Below are positions 30,404 to 41,016 of a stretch of DNA of 64,000 nt, piece after piece. Each line of letters opens with the position of its first letter. The stretch's first letter is position 1. A program made the translations under genes and the position numbers. The notes under the pieces were generated by a model. The model was not told the origin of the DNA and did no database searches. It saw only the letters and a list, made by a program, of their open reading frames with translations. The DNA is taken from NCBI GenBank assembly GCA_028875725.1, contig JAPPCR010000023.1, positions 405,620-469,619 of the forward strand, given 5' to 3'. This stretch comes from Acidobacteriota bacterium (GTDB lineage: Bacteria > Acidobacteriota > Thermoanaerobaculia > Multivoradales > Multivoraceae).

Positions 30404-30647
30404 CGCTTCGAAGCCGCGCCTCGACTTCTTCCATGATGGAAGGCACCGTCTTCTCGCTTGGACCACTGTCGATGCCTTCCTGCACGGCTGCCTGAAGCGA
30501 CTCGAAGTCGACCCGCCGTTCGCGGTCGCGGCGAATCAGATCGCGGATGTACTCGCTGTCGGTGGTGAAGTGGCCTGCGGCAATTCGCGCCTTGATCCAC
30601 TGGTCCTGCAGGTCCGTCAGGGTGATCGTCTTTCGGATAGTGGCCAT
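30390..30647 (-). CDS. parD: ParD-family (RHH/CopG) antitoxin
   Basis: MATIRKTITLTDLQDQWIKARIAAGHFTTDSEYIRDLIRRD.... GGAGG SD 5 nt upstream of ATG 30647. Confidence 0.75.
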   Translation of the reverse strand: MATIRKTITLTDLQDQWIKARIAAGHFTTDSEYIRDLIRRDRERRVDFESLQAAVQEGIDSGPSEKTVPSIMEEVEARLRSDGRL

Positions 30648-30830
30648 ACTGCCTCCAGGAACGCTCTCAGTCATACTATTGGTGCAGAATAGCACTCCGC
30701 GCACCGGTTTAGGCGACCGCGGCGCGACCATCGCAGCAACTCCTCCACGCGGGAACTCCGGAGGACGGCGTGGTGGACCCGGTGATGAGAGGCGGCGACT
30801 CTTGTCTCCGTGTGCTGACGCGGGCGCTAG

Positions 30831-30904
30831 TGGCTGGGAGGCAGGGATTCGAACCCCGATTCTACGGTCCAGAGCCGCATGTCCTACCGTTAGACGACCT
30901 CCCA
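30831..30904 (-). tRNA. tRNA-Gln (anticodon CUG)
   Basis: Reverse complement TGGGAGGTCGTCTAACGGTAGGACATGCGGCTCTGGACCGTAGAATCGGGGTTCGAATCCCTGCCTCCCAGCCA folds as a cloverleaf: 7-bp acceptor stem, anticodon loop CUCUGGA, T-loop GGTTCGAAT, encoded CCA. Confidence 0.85.
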
Positions 30905-30985
30905 GCGGTAGCGGCCAAGCCGCGCAGTTTACCGCGAACGGCGACGATTGTCCGCCGGCTGCACTCGGATGCGCCCGGATGCAGA

Positions 30986-31888
30986 TCAGTCGAAAGCGTC
31001 GTCCAAAGCCGGCCGGGACTGCATCTCTGGCTGCTCTCTCCCTTCGGCGAAGAAGTCGTCCGAGAACTTCCCAGCGACCCCCTGAAGCCCCGCCTTGTGC
31101 CGCGTGCCCGGCGCCGGCGGCGTCTCGGGCCCGCCGGCGAAGCACTGCGCCATGCTCATCCACTCGGTGGCGACCGGCCCCATAACGTCGAGCGACGTGT
31201 CGGCGATGTTGCGGACCTGCGTGACCACCTGGGCGAACTCGACCGCGGAGCCGCTGATCCGGTTCGTCGTTTCGTCCGCGTTCCAGGTCCAGACCTCGCC
31301 GGACGGCGCGGTCAGCTCGAGCGCCGGCACGACGCCAGGCACCTCCAGGCCGCGCACCGCGTAGGTCCAGCCGAAGGTGTTGAACCCCAGGAAGGCGATG
31401 TTCCGGATCCGGTCCGTCTCGTCACGGTCGAGTCCCAGCACGTCGAAGACCTCCTGGCCGTGTGCCCAGGTCTCCATCTGCCGGGCGGTGACCGAGCTGC
31501 GCACGCTCATCGGCGGGCCGAACCACTCCACGCGCTTCCTCGGATCGACCCCGTCCAGCCGATCGCACATCCGCGGGTAGTACTCGCGCCAGACGTCGTA
31601 GACCGCGCGGTTGCGCTTGCCCTCGAACCACTCGTCCGTCAGCTCGCGGAGGTTGAGCCGGCCGCGGCGCTCGGCCATGAACTGCTTGAAGCCGTCGAAG
31701 GCGGACTGATCGTGGTACGAGGCGTCAGCGGCGTAGTTGAAGATGTGGAGATGCGCGACGACGTCGTGGAGTGTCCACCCCTTGAACAGGGTGGCCCGCT
31801 CGAAGTCGGCGTCCGCGAGCGGATCCAGGACCTCGGCGAGGCAGTCGCACTCGTCCCGGAAATCGGCGATCTGCTGGAAGCTGCTCAT
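30986..31888 (-). CDS. DinB/YfiT-like (maleylpyruvate-isomerase N-terminal domain) family protein, TIGR03084-like
   Basis: N-terminal HxxxxH...H metal-binding helix pattern (WTLHDVVAHLHIFNYAA). Actinobacterial-type uncharacterised family. Confidence 0.6.
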   Translation of the reverse strand: MSSFQQIADFRDECDCLAEVLDPLADADFERATLFKGWTLHDVVAHLHIFNYAADASYHDQSAFDGFKQFMAERRGRLNLRELTDEWFEGKRNRAVYDVWREYYPRMCDRLDGVDPRKRVEWFGPPMSVRSSVTARQMETWAHGQEVFDVLGLDRDETDRIRNIAFLGFNTFGWTYAVRGLEVPGVVPALELTAPSGEVWTWNADETTNRISGSAVEFAQVVTQVRNIADTSLDVMGPVATEWMSMAQCFAGGPETPPAPGTRHKAGLQGVAGKFSDDFFAEGREQPEMQSRPALDDAFD

Positions 31889-32003
31889 GTCGCCGGCACG
31901 CTAGCACCGGAGTCTGCCGGCACTTGACCTCACCCCCCGTTTCATTCACTGTATGACCAGCCAGTAAGTCGCCGCCCCGCAACGGCCCTCGAGGAGAACG
32001 AAC

Positions 32004-32516
32004 ATGGCGATCGCCTTCACGCTGAATGGCAAGTCGACGACGGTCGATGCGCCGCCGGAGATGCCCCTGCTCTGGGTCCTCCGCGACGAACTCGACCTCA
32101 AGGGCACGAAGTTCGGCTGCGGCCGGTCCTTCTGCGGGGCCTGCACCGTGCATGTCGACGGCGAGCCGGAGCGCAGTTGCCGCATGCCGGTCTCGCGGGC
32201 CGAGGGCAAGGAGATCACGACGATCGAGGGCCTGTCCGAGGACGGCGCCCATCCCGTGCAGCTCGCCTGGCAGGAGATCGACGTACCGCAGTGCGGCTAC
32301 TGCCAGGCCGGCCAGATCATGTCGGCGTCGGCGCTCCTCGCGAGCAACCCGCAGCCCACTGACGGCGACATCGACGAAGCGATGAGCGGGAACATCTGCC
32401 GCTGCGCGACCTACATCCGCATCCGCGCCGCCATCCACCGCGCCGCGGACATCGCGCAGGGTCCACCGGCCACCAGCCACGAGACGGCCACGGGAGCGGG
32501 AGGGAGTGAGGCATGA
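32004..32516 (+). CDS. molybdo-hydroxylase [2Fe-2S] small subunit (CoxS/IorA-like)
   Basis: CGRSFCGAC plant-type cluster and QCGYC...NICRCATY second cluster. Confidence 0.85.
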   Translation: MAIAFTLNGKSTTVDAPPEMPLLWVLRDELDLKGTKFGCGRSFCGACTVHVDGEPERSCRMPVSRAEGKEITTIEGLSEDGAHPVQLAWQEIDVPQCGYCQAGQIMSASALLASNPQPTDGDIDEAMSGNICRCATYIRIRAAIHRAADIAQGPPATSHETATGAGGSEA

Positions 32517-34732
32517 ACGCCGTGGACAAGACAGGCAACCTCTCCCGGCGCGGCTTCCTTCACGTCACCGCCCTGGCCGGCGGCGGCATGCTCCTCGGAG
32601 CCCGCTTCCCGCTGGACGGCGCGCGCGGCGCCTTTGCCGCCACCGCCGATGCGGAGACGGCGCTCAACGCGTTCATCCGCCTGACGCCGGACGGCATCGC
32701 GACGATCATGGCCCAGAACCCCGAGATCGGTCAGGGCGTCAAGACGATGCTGCCGATGCTCATCGCCGAAGAGCTCGACATCCCCTGGAGCCAGGTGCGC
32801 GTCGAGCAGGCGGACTTCGACGCGACGAAGTACCGCGGCCAGATGGCCGGCGGCAGCATGGCCACGCCGATGCACTACGAGTCGATGCGCCGCGTGGGCG
32901 CCGCCGCCCGCGCCATGCTCGTCGAAGCCGCGGCGAAGGAGTGGAAGACGAAGCCCGAGAAGTGCACCACCGAGGCCGGCGCCGTCCACTTCAAGAACAA
33001 GTCGCTCTCCTACGGCGAGCTGGCGAGCGCCGCGGCCGGGATCGAGCCGCCGAATCCCCGGACCGTCCCGCTCAAGGACGCGAAGGACTTCAGGATCATC
33101 GGCCAGGAAGTCCCCGGCGTCGACAACCCGCAGATCGTCACCGGCAAGCCGCTCTTCGGCATCGACGTCACCGTGCCCGGCATGAAGTACGCCGTGTTCG
33201 AGAAGTGCCGGGTCCACGGCGGCAAGGTGAAGAGCGCCAATCTCGACGCGGTCAAGGCGTCGCCCGGTGTTGTTGACGCCTTCGTCGTCGACTCGACCGC
33301 TCAGGCCGCGCCCGCGCCCTCGATGTTTCAGGTCGGGCTGCCAAACGGCATCGCCATCGTCGGCGACTCCTGGTGGCTGATCAACGAGGCCCGAGGCAAG
33401 CTGGAGGTCACCTGGGACGAGGGCCCGACCGCGTCCCAGAGCACCGCAGCGTTCGACCGGCAGGCCGAGGAGCTGTCGAAGCAGGCGCCGGAACAGGATC
33501 TCAGGAACGACGGCGACGCGGCCGGCGCCCTGGCCTCCGCGGCGAAGACGGTCAAGGCCGCCTACCAGTACCCCTTCCTCGCCCATGCGCCGCTCGAGCC
33601 GCAGAACACGACCGCACACTTCCACGATGGCGGGCTCGAGATGTGGGCGCCGATCCAGACTCCACAGTTCGCGCGCGGAGACCTGGCCAAGGCGCTGGGC
33701 ATTCCCGACGACAGGATCACGATCCACCTGACCCGGATGGGAGGGGGCTTCGGGAGGCGCCTGTACTGGGACTACATGCTCGAGGCGGCGCTGATCGCGC
33801 GGCAGGCGGGAGTTCCGGTCAAGCTGGTGTGGAACCGCGAGGACGACACGCGTTTCGACTACTTCCGCCCCGGCGGCTACCACTATCTGCAGGGCGGTCT
33901 CGACGAGGCCGGCAACCTGACAGCGTGGCGCGACCACTTCGTCAGCTTCGGCGAGGGCCGGCGGTTCGCCCCGAGCGCCGAGATGATGCCGAACGAGTTC
34001 CCGCAGGGCTTCGTACCGAACTTCGCGCTCCAGGCGTCGAAGATGCCGCTCGGCATCCCGACCGGGGCTCTGCGCGCTCCGACCAGCAACGCGATCTCCT
34101 TCGTCGTCCAGTCGTTCATCGACGAACTGGCGGCGGAGGCCGGCAAGGACCCGCTCCAGTTCCGGCTCGACCTGCTCGACTCGGCTCCGGCCGGGACCAG
34201 GACCGCGTTCGATCCGCAGAGGATGAAGGCCGTGCTCGAACTCGTGCGCGACAAGTCGGGTTGGGCCAAGGCGGACCTGCCCGAGGGCACCGGCCAGGGC
34301 GTCGCGTTCCACTTCAGCCACCGCGGCTACTTCGCCGAAGTCGTCCAGGCCACCGTCAGCAAGGAGGGTGAACTCGGCGTCGACAGGATCTGGGTCGCCG
34401 GCGACGTCGGCCGGCAGCTCGTCAACCCGAGCAACGCCGTCAACCAGGTCCAGGGGGCGGCGCTAGACGGCCTCGGCCAGGCGCTCGACCAGGAGATCAC
34501 CTTCGACCGCGGCCGCACGAACGAGAGCAACTTCCACAACTTCAAGCTGCTCCGCATCGACCAGGCGCCGCCGGTGGAGGTGCACTGGGTGATGAGCGAC
34601 AACCAGCCCACCGGCCTGGGTGAGCCCGCGCTGCCGCCGGTCCCGCCGGCCCTGTGCAACGCGATCTTCGCCGTCACCGGCAAGCGGATCCGGTCGCTGC
34701 CGATCTCGAAGCACGACCTGAGCTGGGCCTGA
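32513..34732 (+). CDS. molybdopterin-dependent oxidoreductase large subunit (IorB/aldehyde oxidase family), Tat-secreted
   Basis: Tat motif SRRGFLHV. Xanthine dehydrogenase/aldehyde oxidase a/b hammerhead and MoCo-binding blocks. ATGA start overlap with the small subunit. Confidence 0.8.
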   Translation: MNAVDKTGNLSRRGFLHVTALAGGGMLLGARFPLDGARGAFAATADAETALNAFIRLTPDGIATIMAQNPEIGQGVKTMLPMLIAEELDIPWSQVRVEQADFDATKYRGQMAGGSMATPMHYESMRRVGAAARAMLVEAAAKEWKTKPEKCTTEAGAVHFKNKSLSYGELASAAAGIEPPNPRTVPLKDAKDFRIIGQEVPGVDNPQIVTGKPLFGIDVTVPGMKYAVFEKCRVHGGKVKSANLDAVKASPGVVDAFVVDSTAQAAPAPSMFQVGLPNGIAIVGDSWWLINEARGKLEVTWDEGPTASQSTAAFDRQAEELSKQAPEQDLRNDGDAAGALASAAKTVKAAYQYPFLAHAPLEPQNTTAHFHDGGLEMWAPIQTPQFARGDLAKALGIPDDRITIHLTRMGGGFGRRLYWDYMLEAALIARQAGVPVKLVWNREDDTRFDYFRPGGYHYLQGGLDEAGNLTAWRDHFVSFGEGRRFAPSAEMMPNEFPQGFVPNFALQASKMPLGIPTGALRAPTSNAISFVVQSFIDELAAEAGKDPLQFRLDLLDSAPAGTRTAFDPQRMKAVLELVRDKSGWAKADLPEGTGQGVAFHFSHRGYFAEVVQATVSKEGELGVDRIWVAGDVGRQLVNPSNAVNQVQGAALDGLGQALDQEITFDRGRTNESNFHNFKLLRIDQAPPVEVHWVMSDNQPTGLGEPALPPVPPALCNAIFAVTGKRIRSLPISKHDLSWA

Positions 34733-34738
34733 CCGCCT

Positions 34739-35317
34739 GTGCGCAACATCGCCATCGCAGCAGCCCTCATCCTCCTGATCGCGGCCTTCGTCGCCGTTGC
34801 CCAACAGTCGGACGACGCCAAGCCGTCGCTAGACGGCATGGCCGTCCCCACGTACACCGCCGCCGGGGACCTCATCCGCCCCGACGGCTACCGCACCTGG
34901 ATCTTCGTAGGCGCCTCCCTCGGCCTCAGCTACAACGAAGACGCCGCCGAGCGCGAAGGCCCGGGCGCCTTCACCAACGTCTACATCCAGCCGGAGGCCT
35001 ACCGCTACTTCATGGCGACCGGCGAGTTCCCCGAGGGAACCATGCTCCCCATGGACATCTTCCGCCCCGGCTCCCGCGAGTCCATCAACCAGGCCGGCTA
35101 CTTCGAGAAGGACTTCCTCGGGATGGAGGTCGCGGTCAAGGACAGCGAGCGCTACCCCGAAGGCTGGGCCTACCTCAGCTTCCGCGACCGGTCCGGAGGG
35201 CTGAGGGAGTCGGCGTCAGCGTTCCCGAAGGACCGGTGCTACGACTGTCACGCGGAGCATGCGGCGACCGACAATGTGTTCACGCAGTTCTATCCGGTGT
35301 TGCAGCGGGGGGAGTAG
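34739..35317 (+). CDS. cytochrome P460 / c'-beta-like monohaem cytochrome (probable electron acceptor of the Mo enzyme)
   Basis: Signal peptide. Single CxxCH (CYDCH) near the C-terminus, as in the P460 family. Confidence 0.55.
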   Translation: MRNIAIAAALILLIAAFVAVAQQSDDAKPSLDGMAVPTYTAAGDLIRPDGYRTWIFVGASLGLSYNEDAAEREGPGAFTNVYIQPEAYRYFMATGEFPEGTMLPMDIFRPGSRESINQAGYFEKDFLGMEVAVKDSERYPEGWAYLSFRDRSGGLRESASAFPKDRCYDCHAEHAATDNVFTQFYPVLQRGE

Positions 35318-35385
35318 GCGGGAACGTCTACGATGCAAGCGGACTCCTTCGCCAGCCAGCGCGAGCCGCAACCCACATCGACAGC

Positions 35386-36432
35386 TCAGTCCTCCATATC
35401 CGTCGGATAGGTCAGCGGAGTCGCGGGAGACCACCCTTCCCGCTGCGGCGCGTCACCCGTCGAGCTACATAGCGTGCCTTCTGTCCGAAAAACACGCCGA
35501 CCGCGGTGGATCATCGCGCGAACCACGGCCTTCTTCGGATGATCAGGGTCATTCCGATTTGCAGACACGATGGCGCGGTACTTCGGGGACTGGGCCTCCT
35601 CAGGGAGCTTAGCCCCGAGCCACTTGTCGAGCACATCCGACGACACGTTTCTCCGGGAGCCATGATGGGGTACCTGGAAGACGTTGAGCGACGTGACTGG
35701 CTTCCCAAGTTCCAGAGCCGCCTCATAGGCCTCCGTCAGCGCGCCAACGCCTGCATCCCCCGTAAGCAGGATCTTCCAATTGCACGTCTGAGCGAACTGG
35801 ACGACACTACTCTCGTTCTCAGAGCTAGTTCCTTCGGTGTCCCCTTTCAGGTTCTCTTCACCCCAAGCGGCACTCAAGAGAACCCCGTCTGTCGCTGAAA
35901 GCGTCTTAGAAGCAGGAACGGGTGTCTTCTCCGATGCGACGACCAAGTCTAAGTACGTACCGTAGGCCGGCGCCAGGACGGTGAAGACTCCGACCTCCGT
36001 TTCCTGTAACGCATCCTGGATCAGGATTCCCCTCTCGATGGCAAGCGCTTCTAGCTTTGCAACGTTTGGGAAATCACGCCGAAGCCGGCCTATGAGCCGG
36101 TCCCTATCCTGGTAGCGCTCGAACTTCGGCATCAGAGCGTCGACATGCACCCACGGGCGGTTCATCCAAAGAGTTCCGACTTGGAGTTCTTCCAAGACTG
36201 TCTCGAGACCCGCAGCATGGTCCCTGTCCGGATGCGTGAGGACAACGTGATCTACGCGATCGGCGGTGTAGTACGTGCGGATGTGGCTGACAAGCTTCTC
36301 CCCATCCGCTTCGTAGCCACCGTCCACAACGTAGACGTAGTCGACACCATTCTGCCGGTGACGCACGGCTATCGCGTCACCGCTACCCTTGTCACCAACT
36401 TCGAGGAAGTCGATCTCAAGAAAATCACTCAC
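35386..36432 (-). CDS. MBL-fold metallo-hydrolase
   Basis: HPDRDH (HxHxDH) motif plus a downstream His/Asp. Lower-GC DNA. Confidence 0.7.
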   Translation of the reverse strand: MSDFLEIDFLEVGDKGSGDAIAVRHRQNGVDYVYVVDGGYEADGEKLVSHIRTYYTADRVDHVVLTHPDRDHAAGLETVLEELQVGTLWMNRPWVHVDALMPKFERYQDRDRLIGRLRRDFPNVAKLEALAIERGILIQDALQETEVGVFTVLAPAYGTYLDLVVASEKTPVPASKTLSATDGVLLSAAWGEENLKGDTEGTSSENESSVVQFAQTCNWKILLTGDAGVGALTEAYEAALELGKPVTSLNVFQVPHHGSRRNVSSDVLDKWLGAKLPEEAQSPKYRAIVSANRNDPDHPKKAVVRAMIHRGRRVFRTEGTLCSSTGDAPQREGWSPATPLTYPTDMED

Positions 36433-36445
36433 GTCGCTGTTTCTC

Positions 36446-37105
36446 CTAGTTCCTAGCCACCCGTGCCACTTCCGACGAAGCCTTGCAGGCCAAGACTGTC
36501 TGCACTAGCCTGATCCCCGAGTTGCGCGCAGCGCTAGAGACTAGCAAGTACTGGAACAGTAGAGCCGACAGGTACCACAAGGCTGGCTGCAACCGCTCCG
36601 CCCGGAGTAGCGCCATTGGGCCACCCACGGCGAGAATCAATACTGCCGCCGAAGTCCAATCGCGAGAGAGAAGATACGTCCGGTGAATCTGCCTCACCCG
36701 ATCATCGTCCTGTAACTCGTGGTACCAGCGATACCAAAGGGCGTTCTGCGCAGAGGGGTCGGTAGGCAGGGGACTTTGGTGTTCTAGCAACGCATCGCGG
36801 TCGATTCTGGGGTCGGCACCCATGTGCTTAGTGAACGCTCGACACCCCGGCAAGGCGTGCCGCCATCTCCAGAACACCAATCTCGTCTTTGTCTCGGTGC
36901 TTACGACTTCGCTCAACACTCCGACGAGTAGCACCAACACGCTGAGCGGTAGCAAGTCAGCCCGGGCCTCACTAAGCGTCTGCCATACCTCAGCCAAACT
37001 CCTCACCTCAAAGCTCGTGTACGCCACGAGAACGTACGCCAAGACGTTACCCAGCCAAACTGTGACTAGAGCGGGCGCGTTCCTGTCTTTGAGTGTAATC
37101 GGCAC
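36446..37105 (-). CDS. hypothetical integral membrane protein
   Basis: Four or five hydrophobic helices. Lower-GC island DNA. No recognisable motif. Confidence 0.5.
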   Translation of the reverse strand: MPITLKDRNAPALVTVWLGNVLAYVLVAYTSFEVRSLAEVWQTLSEARADLLPLSVLVLLVGVLSEVVSTETKTRLVFWRWRHALPGCRAFTKHMGADPRIDRDALLEHQSPLPTDPSAQNALWYRWYHELQDDDRVRQIHRTYLLSRDWTSAAVLILAVGGPMALLRAERLQPALWYLSALLFQYLLVSSAARNSGIRLVQTVLACKASSEVARVARN

Positions 37106-39878
37106 GGGTCGGTCGGTTGGCCAAAGGTCGGCAACCTACCATGTTGCCCACGCCAGCCGCACGTTCACCAGCAGCCGCAAGAAGCGAGTCACGGCGCGCG
37201 GCAGAGGCACTTCCGGTAGGCCGACGCCGGGTGGCGACTCTGAGGGCCTTGAACTCGTGGACCCGGCAGTTTCCACTCGGGCTTCGGCGCAGCTTGCGAC
37301 CGACTACTCTGCCACTCACGGTTGCCCGTCCACTTGCTCGGTAGAAGGGCACCACCCTCACACCGCCGCGGCCGACACGCCATCTTGGTGAAGCCTCGCG
37401 GTCCGCCACTCCCACCGGCTGAAAACGGGGACGCTCCCCACGAGGACTAGCCGCGAACCGCTCACCGCTCCGCGACAGGGCGTAGCGTGTGTAAACGGCC
37501 ATGCCGGGGCCGATGGCCGCCTGGGCGAGGTCGACAGGGGCGACGTTGCCGGATTGCAGGAGGCGAAGAGCACGGGGGAGTTCGGCGCGTAGTGCGGCCA
37601 GAAGCTCACGACGAGTGGCGAGCGGAGCATCGGCCGGGCGTGGCCGACAGACGAGGACGATGCTGGACGCGAGGAGGTTGGCACCCATTCCGATCTTGTT
37701 CAAGAGTTCCGTACGCACAGGCCAAGTGCCGGTGATGGCGAACCCGGAGCGCATCACCGCGTCTAGGAACGTCTCCCATCCCGTGCTGACGGTGCCGGTC
37801 TCCCTCTTCGTTTCGGACTGCTTGAAGGCGTAGTAGATCGTTACGGGGGAGCTGGGATGCGCCTGCTCGACGAGCCGCTTCATGGCCTGCGTCATGCCGT
37901 CGAGGAAGAACTCCTCCGCCTGCTGCTTGCCGCCGTGACGGTAGGGGCTAGCGATGAGCTCCTCGACCTTCGGCACAGCCATGGTCGAGAACAAGTCGGG
38001 GAAGATCGGTCCTAGTGAACGTCGGAGCCAGACATAGAAGAAGTCCGATAGGTCCGCGTAGCCGATGTTGTCGTAGTACGGCGGGTCCGTCGAGATCGTT
38101 CGGGCGGGCCCACCAAAGAGCGAGCTTGCTTGAGCGCTCCCCTGCTTCGCTGATCCTCTCCCAGAGGATGGCAGCCTCTCCAGCGCCTTGACCATGTTCT
38201 CGAGGCTGACCATGTAGTCACCTGCGAAGCCGCCAAAGACGTTGTTCTCGGCAAAGTCCCAGATCATGGGGATTGCTTGCCGTCCGAACAGATTTCGAAC
38301 CTGGGTCTTCGTGACCTCCCAACGACATAGCGCATTGCAGATGTCCGAGAGCCGACTGAGCGCTACCCCAAGATACACCCCTACCGCCTCGGCATACGCG
38401 GTCGCACCGGTGCCGCCGTCGCGCAGTGGTCGGCCGTCGTTGGGAAGACCGGCGGCCGCCGCGTCGAGGCGAACGCGCTCCGTCGCCTCCCCGACTAGGT
38501 CGGAGAAAGTCGTCAGGGCGACGAGCTGGCGGGGGGTGAAGAGGTCCGCCCAAGTAGTTAGCCCGTAAGGTACGCACGTTCCTCCCGTTAGCCGAGCCGG
38601 GACATCACCCTCCGGGATCCACGCAGGGCGTGCCTTTGCCGGTGCTCCCACATGTTCCCCCATGGGTTTGAGGTAGACGCGGCCGCGGTCGCCTTCCGCG
38701 ACCACAGCCATCAACCGGGCACCCATCCGGCCAGCCTGGCCTTCGGCCTTGATGTGGTCTCCACCGATCGGTGTGCCCGACATGAGGCAACGGAACGTCC
38801 CGCGGGAGAGTTTGGTCCCCGACTTCGTAGTCTCTCTGTCCGCCGGTAGCCCGGCTTTGACCGCGAAACGGTAGCCCCGGCCCTCGATCATGGGGTCGAC
38901 GTACGCTTCCTTCCCCTTCTTCGTGGACAGCATGAACGTCGAGACGAGCGGCACCTCTTCGTCGGCGTATGCGGGGTTCGGACTCCTCACCGTTCGCGCC
39001 CACAGCCAAGCGATCACGTTCAGTCTTCGACCTTGGTACTGCACCAAGTCGGGCCGTTCCTGGACCACCTCCGATGTGATCTCAACCTGCGGATAGAGAT
39101 GCCCAATCCGTTTCTGGGCCTCTTCCCGCATCCAGCGGCCGTAGTAGCGCACGTCCTCTGCCAGACCCTGCGCACCGGACCATTGACTCGCAACGAGCGT
39201 CGAATCACTCTTCGACTCGGGGTTCACCGGCGGCCAGGCGGCGAACTTCGGCGGGATCTCGAGCATCGCTTTGCAGATCAGCACGGCCACCGGGTTTAGG
39301 TCGCTTGCATGTGCCTCAAGGCCCAGCCGCTGGGCTTCCAGCGGTAGCGCACCTCCGCCGGCGAACGGATCGTGGAATGCCGGCAGCTTGTGGCGGTCGA
39401 ACAGTTCCTTCGCCTGCGGATGATCTGCGTTCTCCGCGCAGGTGCGCCGCCAGCTCAGCCAGATCTCGCCCCTTGCCTGCTCCAAGAGCTCCTCGTTGGT
39501 CGTGTTCTCCCACTTCACGAGTTCTCTGAGAATCCCGAACAACCGCTCCCGTTCAAGCTCCGCCGCGACCTCGGCCAGTGCCAACTGGTCGGCGGCGGTG
39601 GGGGTCCCGCTGTCCGTCTGCCCACCCTTAGCCCGCCGCTTCTTCAGCTCTCTTCGGGCCGCGCGGCTCTTCGCCGGATCCGACAGCAGCACGTCAACGT
39701 ACTCCGACGGGTCATCCACCATCTGCGCGAAGAGGACAGCCCGCGCCGCCGCCAAGGGCCGTCGCGCCCACCATAGATGCAAGGTTGACGGATGTCCGTG
39801 CCGTATCGACTTCTCCCGTGCGGAGGCTGCGTTGATTGCAGCCAGCGGCAACGCGACCTCGATCAGCTTCCTGCTCAC
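37047..39878 (-). CDS. DUF1156-domain DNA methyltransferase, truncated paralog (C-terminal ~190 aa replaced by non-homologous Arg-rich read-through; possibly a pseudogene)
   Basis: Residues from the GTG at 39878 ([41 protein letters not shown]...) are about 85% identical to the 42853..45849 MTase up to ...AVYTRYA. Beyond that the frame gives [21 protein letters not shown]... and overlaps the membrane-protein gene. No ATG aligns with the paralog start. Confidence 0.55.
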   Translation of the reverse strand: MSRKLIEVALPLAAINAASAREKSIRHGHPSTLHLWWARRPLAAARAVLFAQMVDDPSEYVDVLLSDPAKSRAARRELKKRRAKGGQTDSGTPTAADQLALAEVAAELERERLFGILRELVKWENTTNEELLEQARGEIWLSWRRTCAENADHPQAKELFDRHKLPAFHDPFAGGGALPLEAQRLGLEAHASDLNPVAVLICKAMLEIPPKFAAWPPVNPESKSDSTLVASQWSGAQGLAEDVRYYGRWMREEAQKRIGHLYPQVEITSEVVQERPDLVQYQGRRLNVIAWLWARTVRSPNPAYADEEVPLVSTFMLSTKKGKEAYVDPMIEGRGYRFAVKAGLPADRETTKSGTKLSRGTFRCLMSGTPIGGDHIKAEGQAGRMGARLMAVVAEGDRGRVYLKPMGEHVGAPAKARPAWIPEGDVPARLTGGTCVPYGLTTWADLFTPRQLVALTTFSDLVGEATERVRLDAAAAGLPNDGRPLRDGGTGATAYAEAVGVYLGVALSRLSDICNALCRWEVTKTQVRNLFGRQAIPMIWDFAENNVFGGFAGDYMVSLENMVKALERLPSSGRGSAKQGSAQASSLFGGPARTISTDPPYYDNIGYADLSDFFYVWLRRSLGPIFPDLFSTMAVPKVEELIASPYRHGGKQQAEEFFLDGMTQAMKRLVEQAHPSSPVTIYYAFKQSETKRETGTVSTGWETFLDAVMRSGFAITGTWPVRTELLNKIGMGANLLASSIVLVCRPRPADAPLATRRELLAALRAELPRALRLLQSGNVAPVDLAQAAIGPGMAVYTRYALSRSGERFAASPRGERPRFQPVGVADREASPRWRVGRGGVRVVPFYRASGRATVSGRVVGRKLRRSPSGNCRVHEFKALRVATRRRPTGSASAARRDSLLAAAGERAAGVGNMVGCRPLANRPTRADYTQRQERARSSHSLAG

Positions 39879-40080
39879 GCCAGACCTGTAAACGACTTCT
39901 TCTTGAGGGGCGCTTCGGCGAGGCGTTGGGGCTTCGGCGTGGCGCGAGGTTGGCCATGCTAGCCCAACCGGTTTCGGCTTCAAGCCAGTCCTCCGGTGCC
40001 GGTCTTGATGTCTACTAGCCCGTTTGGGCTTGGGCTCTTGCCCTCGGTCCGCGAGTGAATGAAAGCAGGAGGACGTCAGA

Positions 40081-41016
40081 ATGCAAGACCACCGATCAAG
40101 ATCCCAGCGGGCGACCACGTCAGAGTCGCACCCGCAGAATCCGGGAGACCAATCCGCCCTTGGTTCCACTGCGCCCTTCAAAGTAGTCGCAGAAACGGTC
40201 TTTCGCCGCTACGGACGCTCCTGGAAGCCAGGGACGGCGGCTGTAAACCGCTCGTACCTCCGAAACCAGATCATGCCGTGGTTCAACCAGCGCCCCATCG
40301 CGGGCATCGCCCACGAGGACGTTCAGCTCTGGTTCTCTTCTCTGAGGTCGACGCCTGCGGCGGCGAATCGAGCGCTGCCCGTCCTCTCGGTGATCATGCG
40401 TCAGGCCGAGATCTACGGTTACCGACCGGAGAACAGCAATCCTTGCTCGGGTATCCGGCGCTATCGGTGCCCTAGTCGGGAGCGGTTCCTTACTCTGCCG
40501 GAAGTTCGGCGCCTTGGCGGAGCGCTGGCTGATCTAGAAGCCTCGGTGCTTCGACCCGCCGCGGCAATCCGTCTGCTGCTCCTGACCGGCTGCCGACAAG
40601 GAGAAATCAGGACTCTCCAATGGGGTGACTACCGAGCAGGCCACCTCTTCCTGCGCGACGGTAAGGCGGGACCCAGGATGGTCTGGCTGTCTTCGCCGGC
40701 GCGCCAGGTGCTGGGCCGCCTTCCGCGCAGCGATCGTTGGGTGTTCCCTGCCCTGCGCCGCCCAGGGCCCATGCGTTCTGACGCGCTTCATCGCTACTGG
40801 CGGGCACTTCGCGAGATGGCGGATCTCCGGGACGTGCGGCTGCACGACCTGCGCCACAGCTACGCGAGCATCGCCCTCCAGCAGGGTGAGACCATTCCAA
40901 CGATCGGCCGCCTCTTGGGGCATCGCGACCCGGTAACGACACTTCGTTACACGCACTTCGCCGACGCCTCGGTCCTTGAGGCGGTCGAGGCCGTGGGCAA
41001 CGTGCTGGGGGTCTGA
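40081..41016 (+). CDS. tyrosine site-specific recombinase (XerC/D-like phage integrase family)
   Basis: C-terminal catalytic box [15 protein letters not shown]...[15 protein letters not shown] (R..HxxR..Y). Confidence 0.8.
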   Translation: MQDHRSRSQRATTSESHPQNPGDQSALGSTAPFKVVAETVFRRYGRSWKPGTAAVNRSYLRNQIMPWFNQRPIAGIAHEDVQLWFSSLRSTPAAANRALPVLSVIMRQAEIYGYRPENSNPCSGIRRYRCPSRERFLTLPEVRRLGGALADLEASVLRPAAAIRLLLLTGCRQGEIRTLQWGDYRAGHLFLRDGKAGPRMVWLSSPARQVLGRLPRSDRWVFPALRRPGPMRSDALHRYWRALREMADLRDVRLHDLRHSYASIALQQGETIPTIGRLLGHRDPVTTLRYTHFADASVLEAVEAVGNVLGV

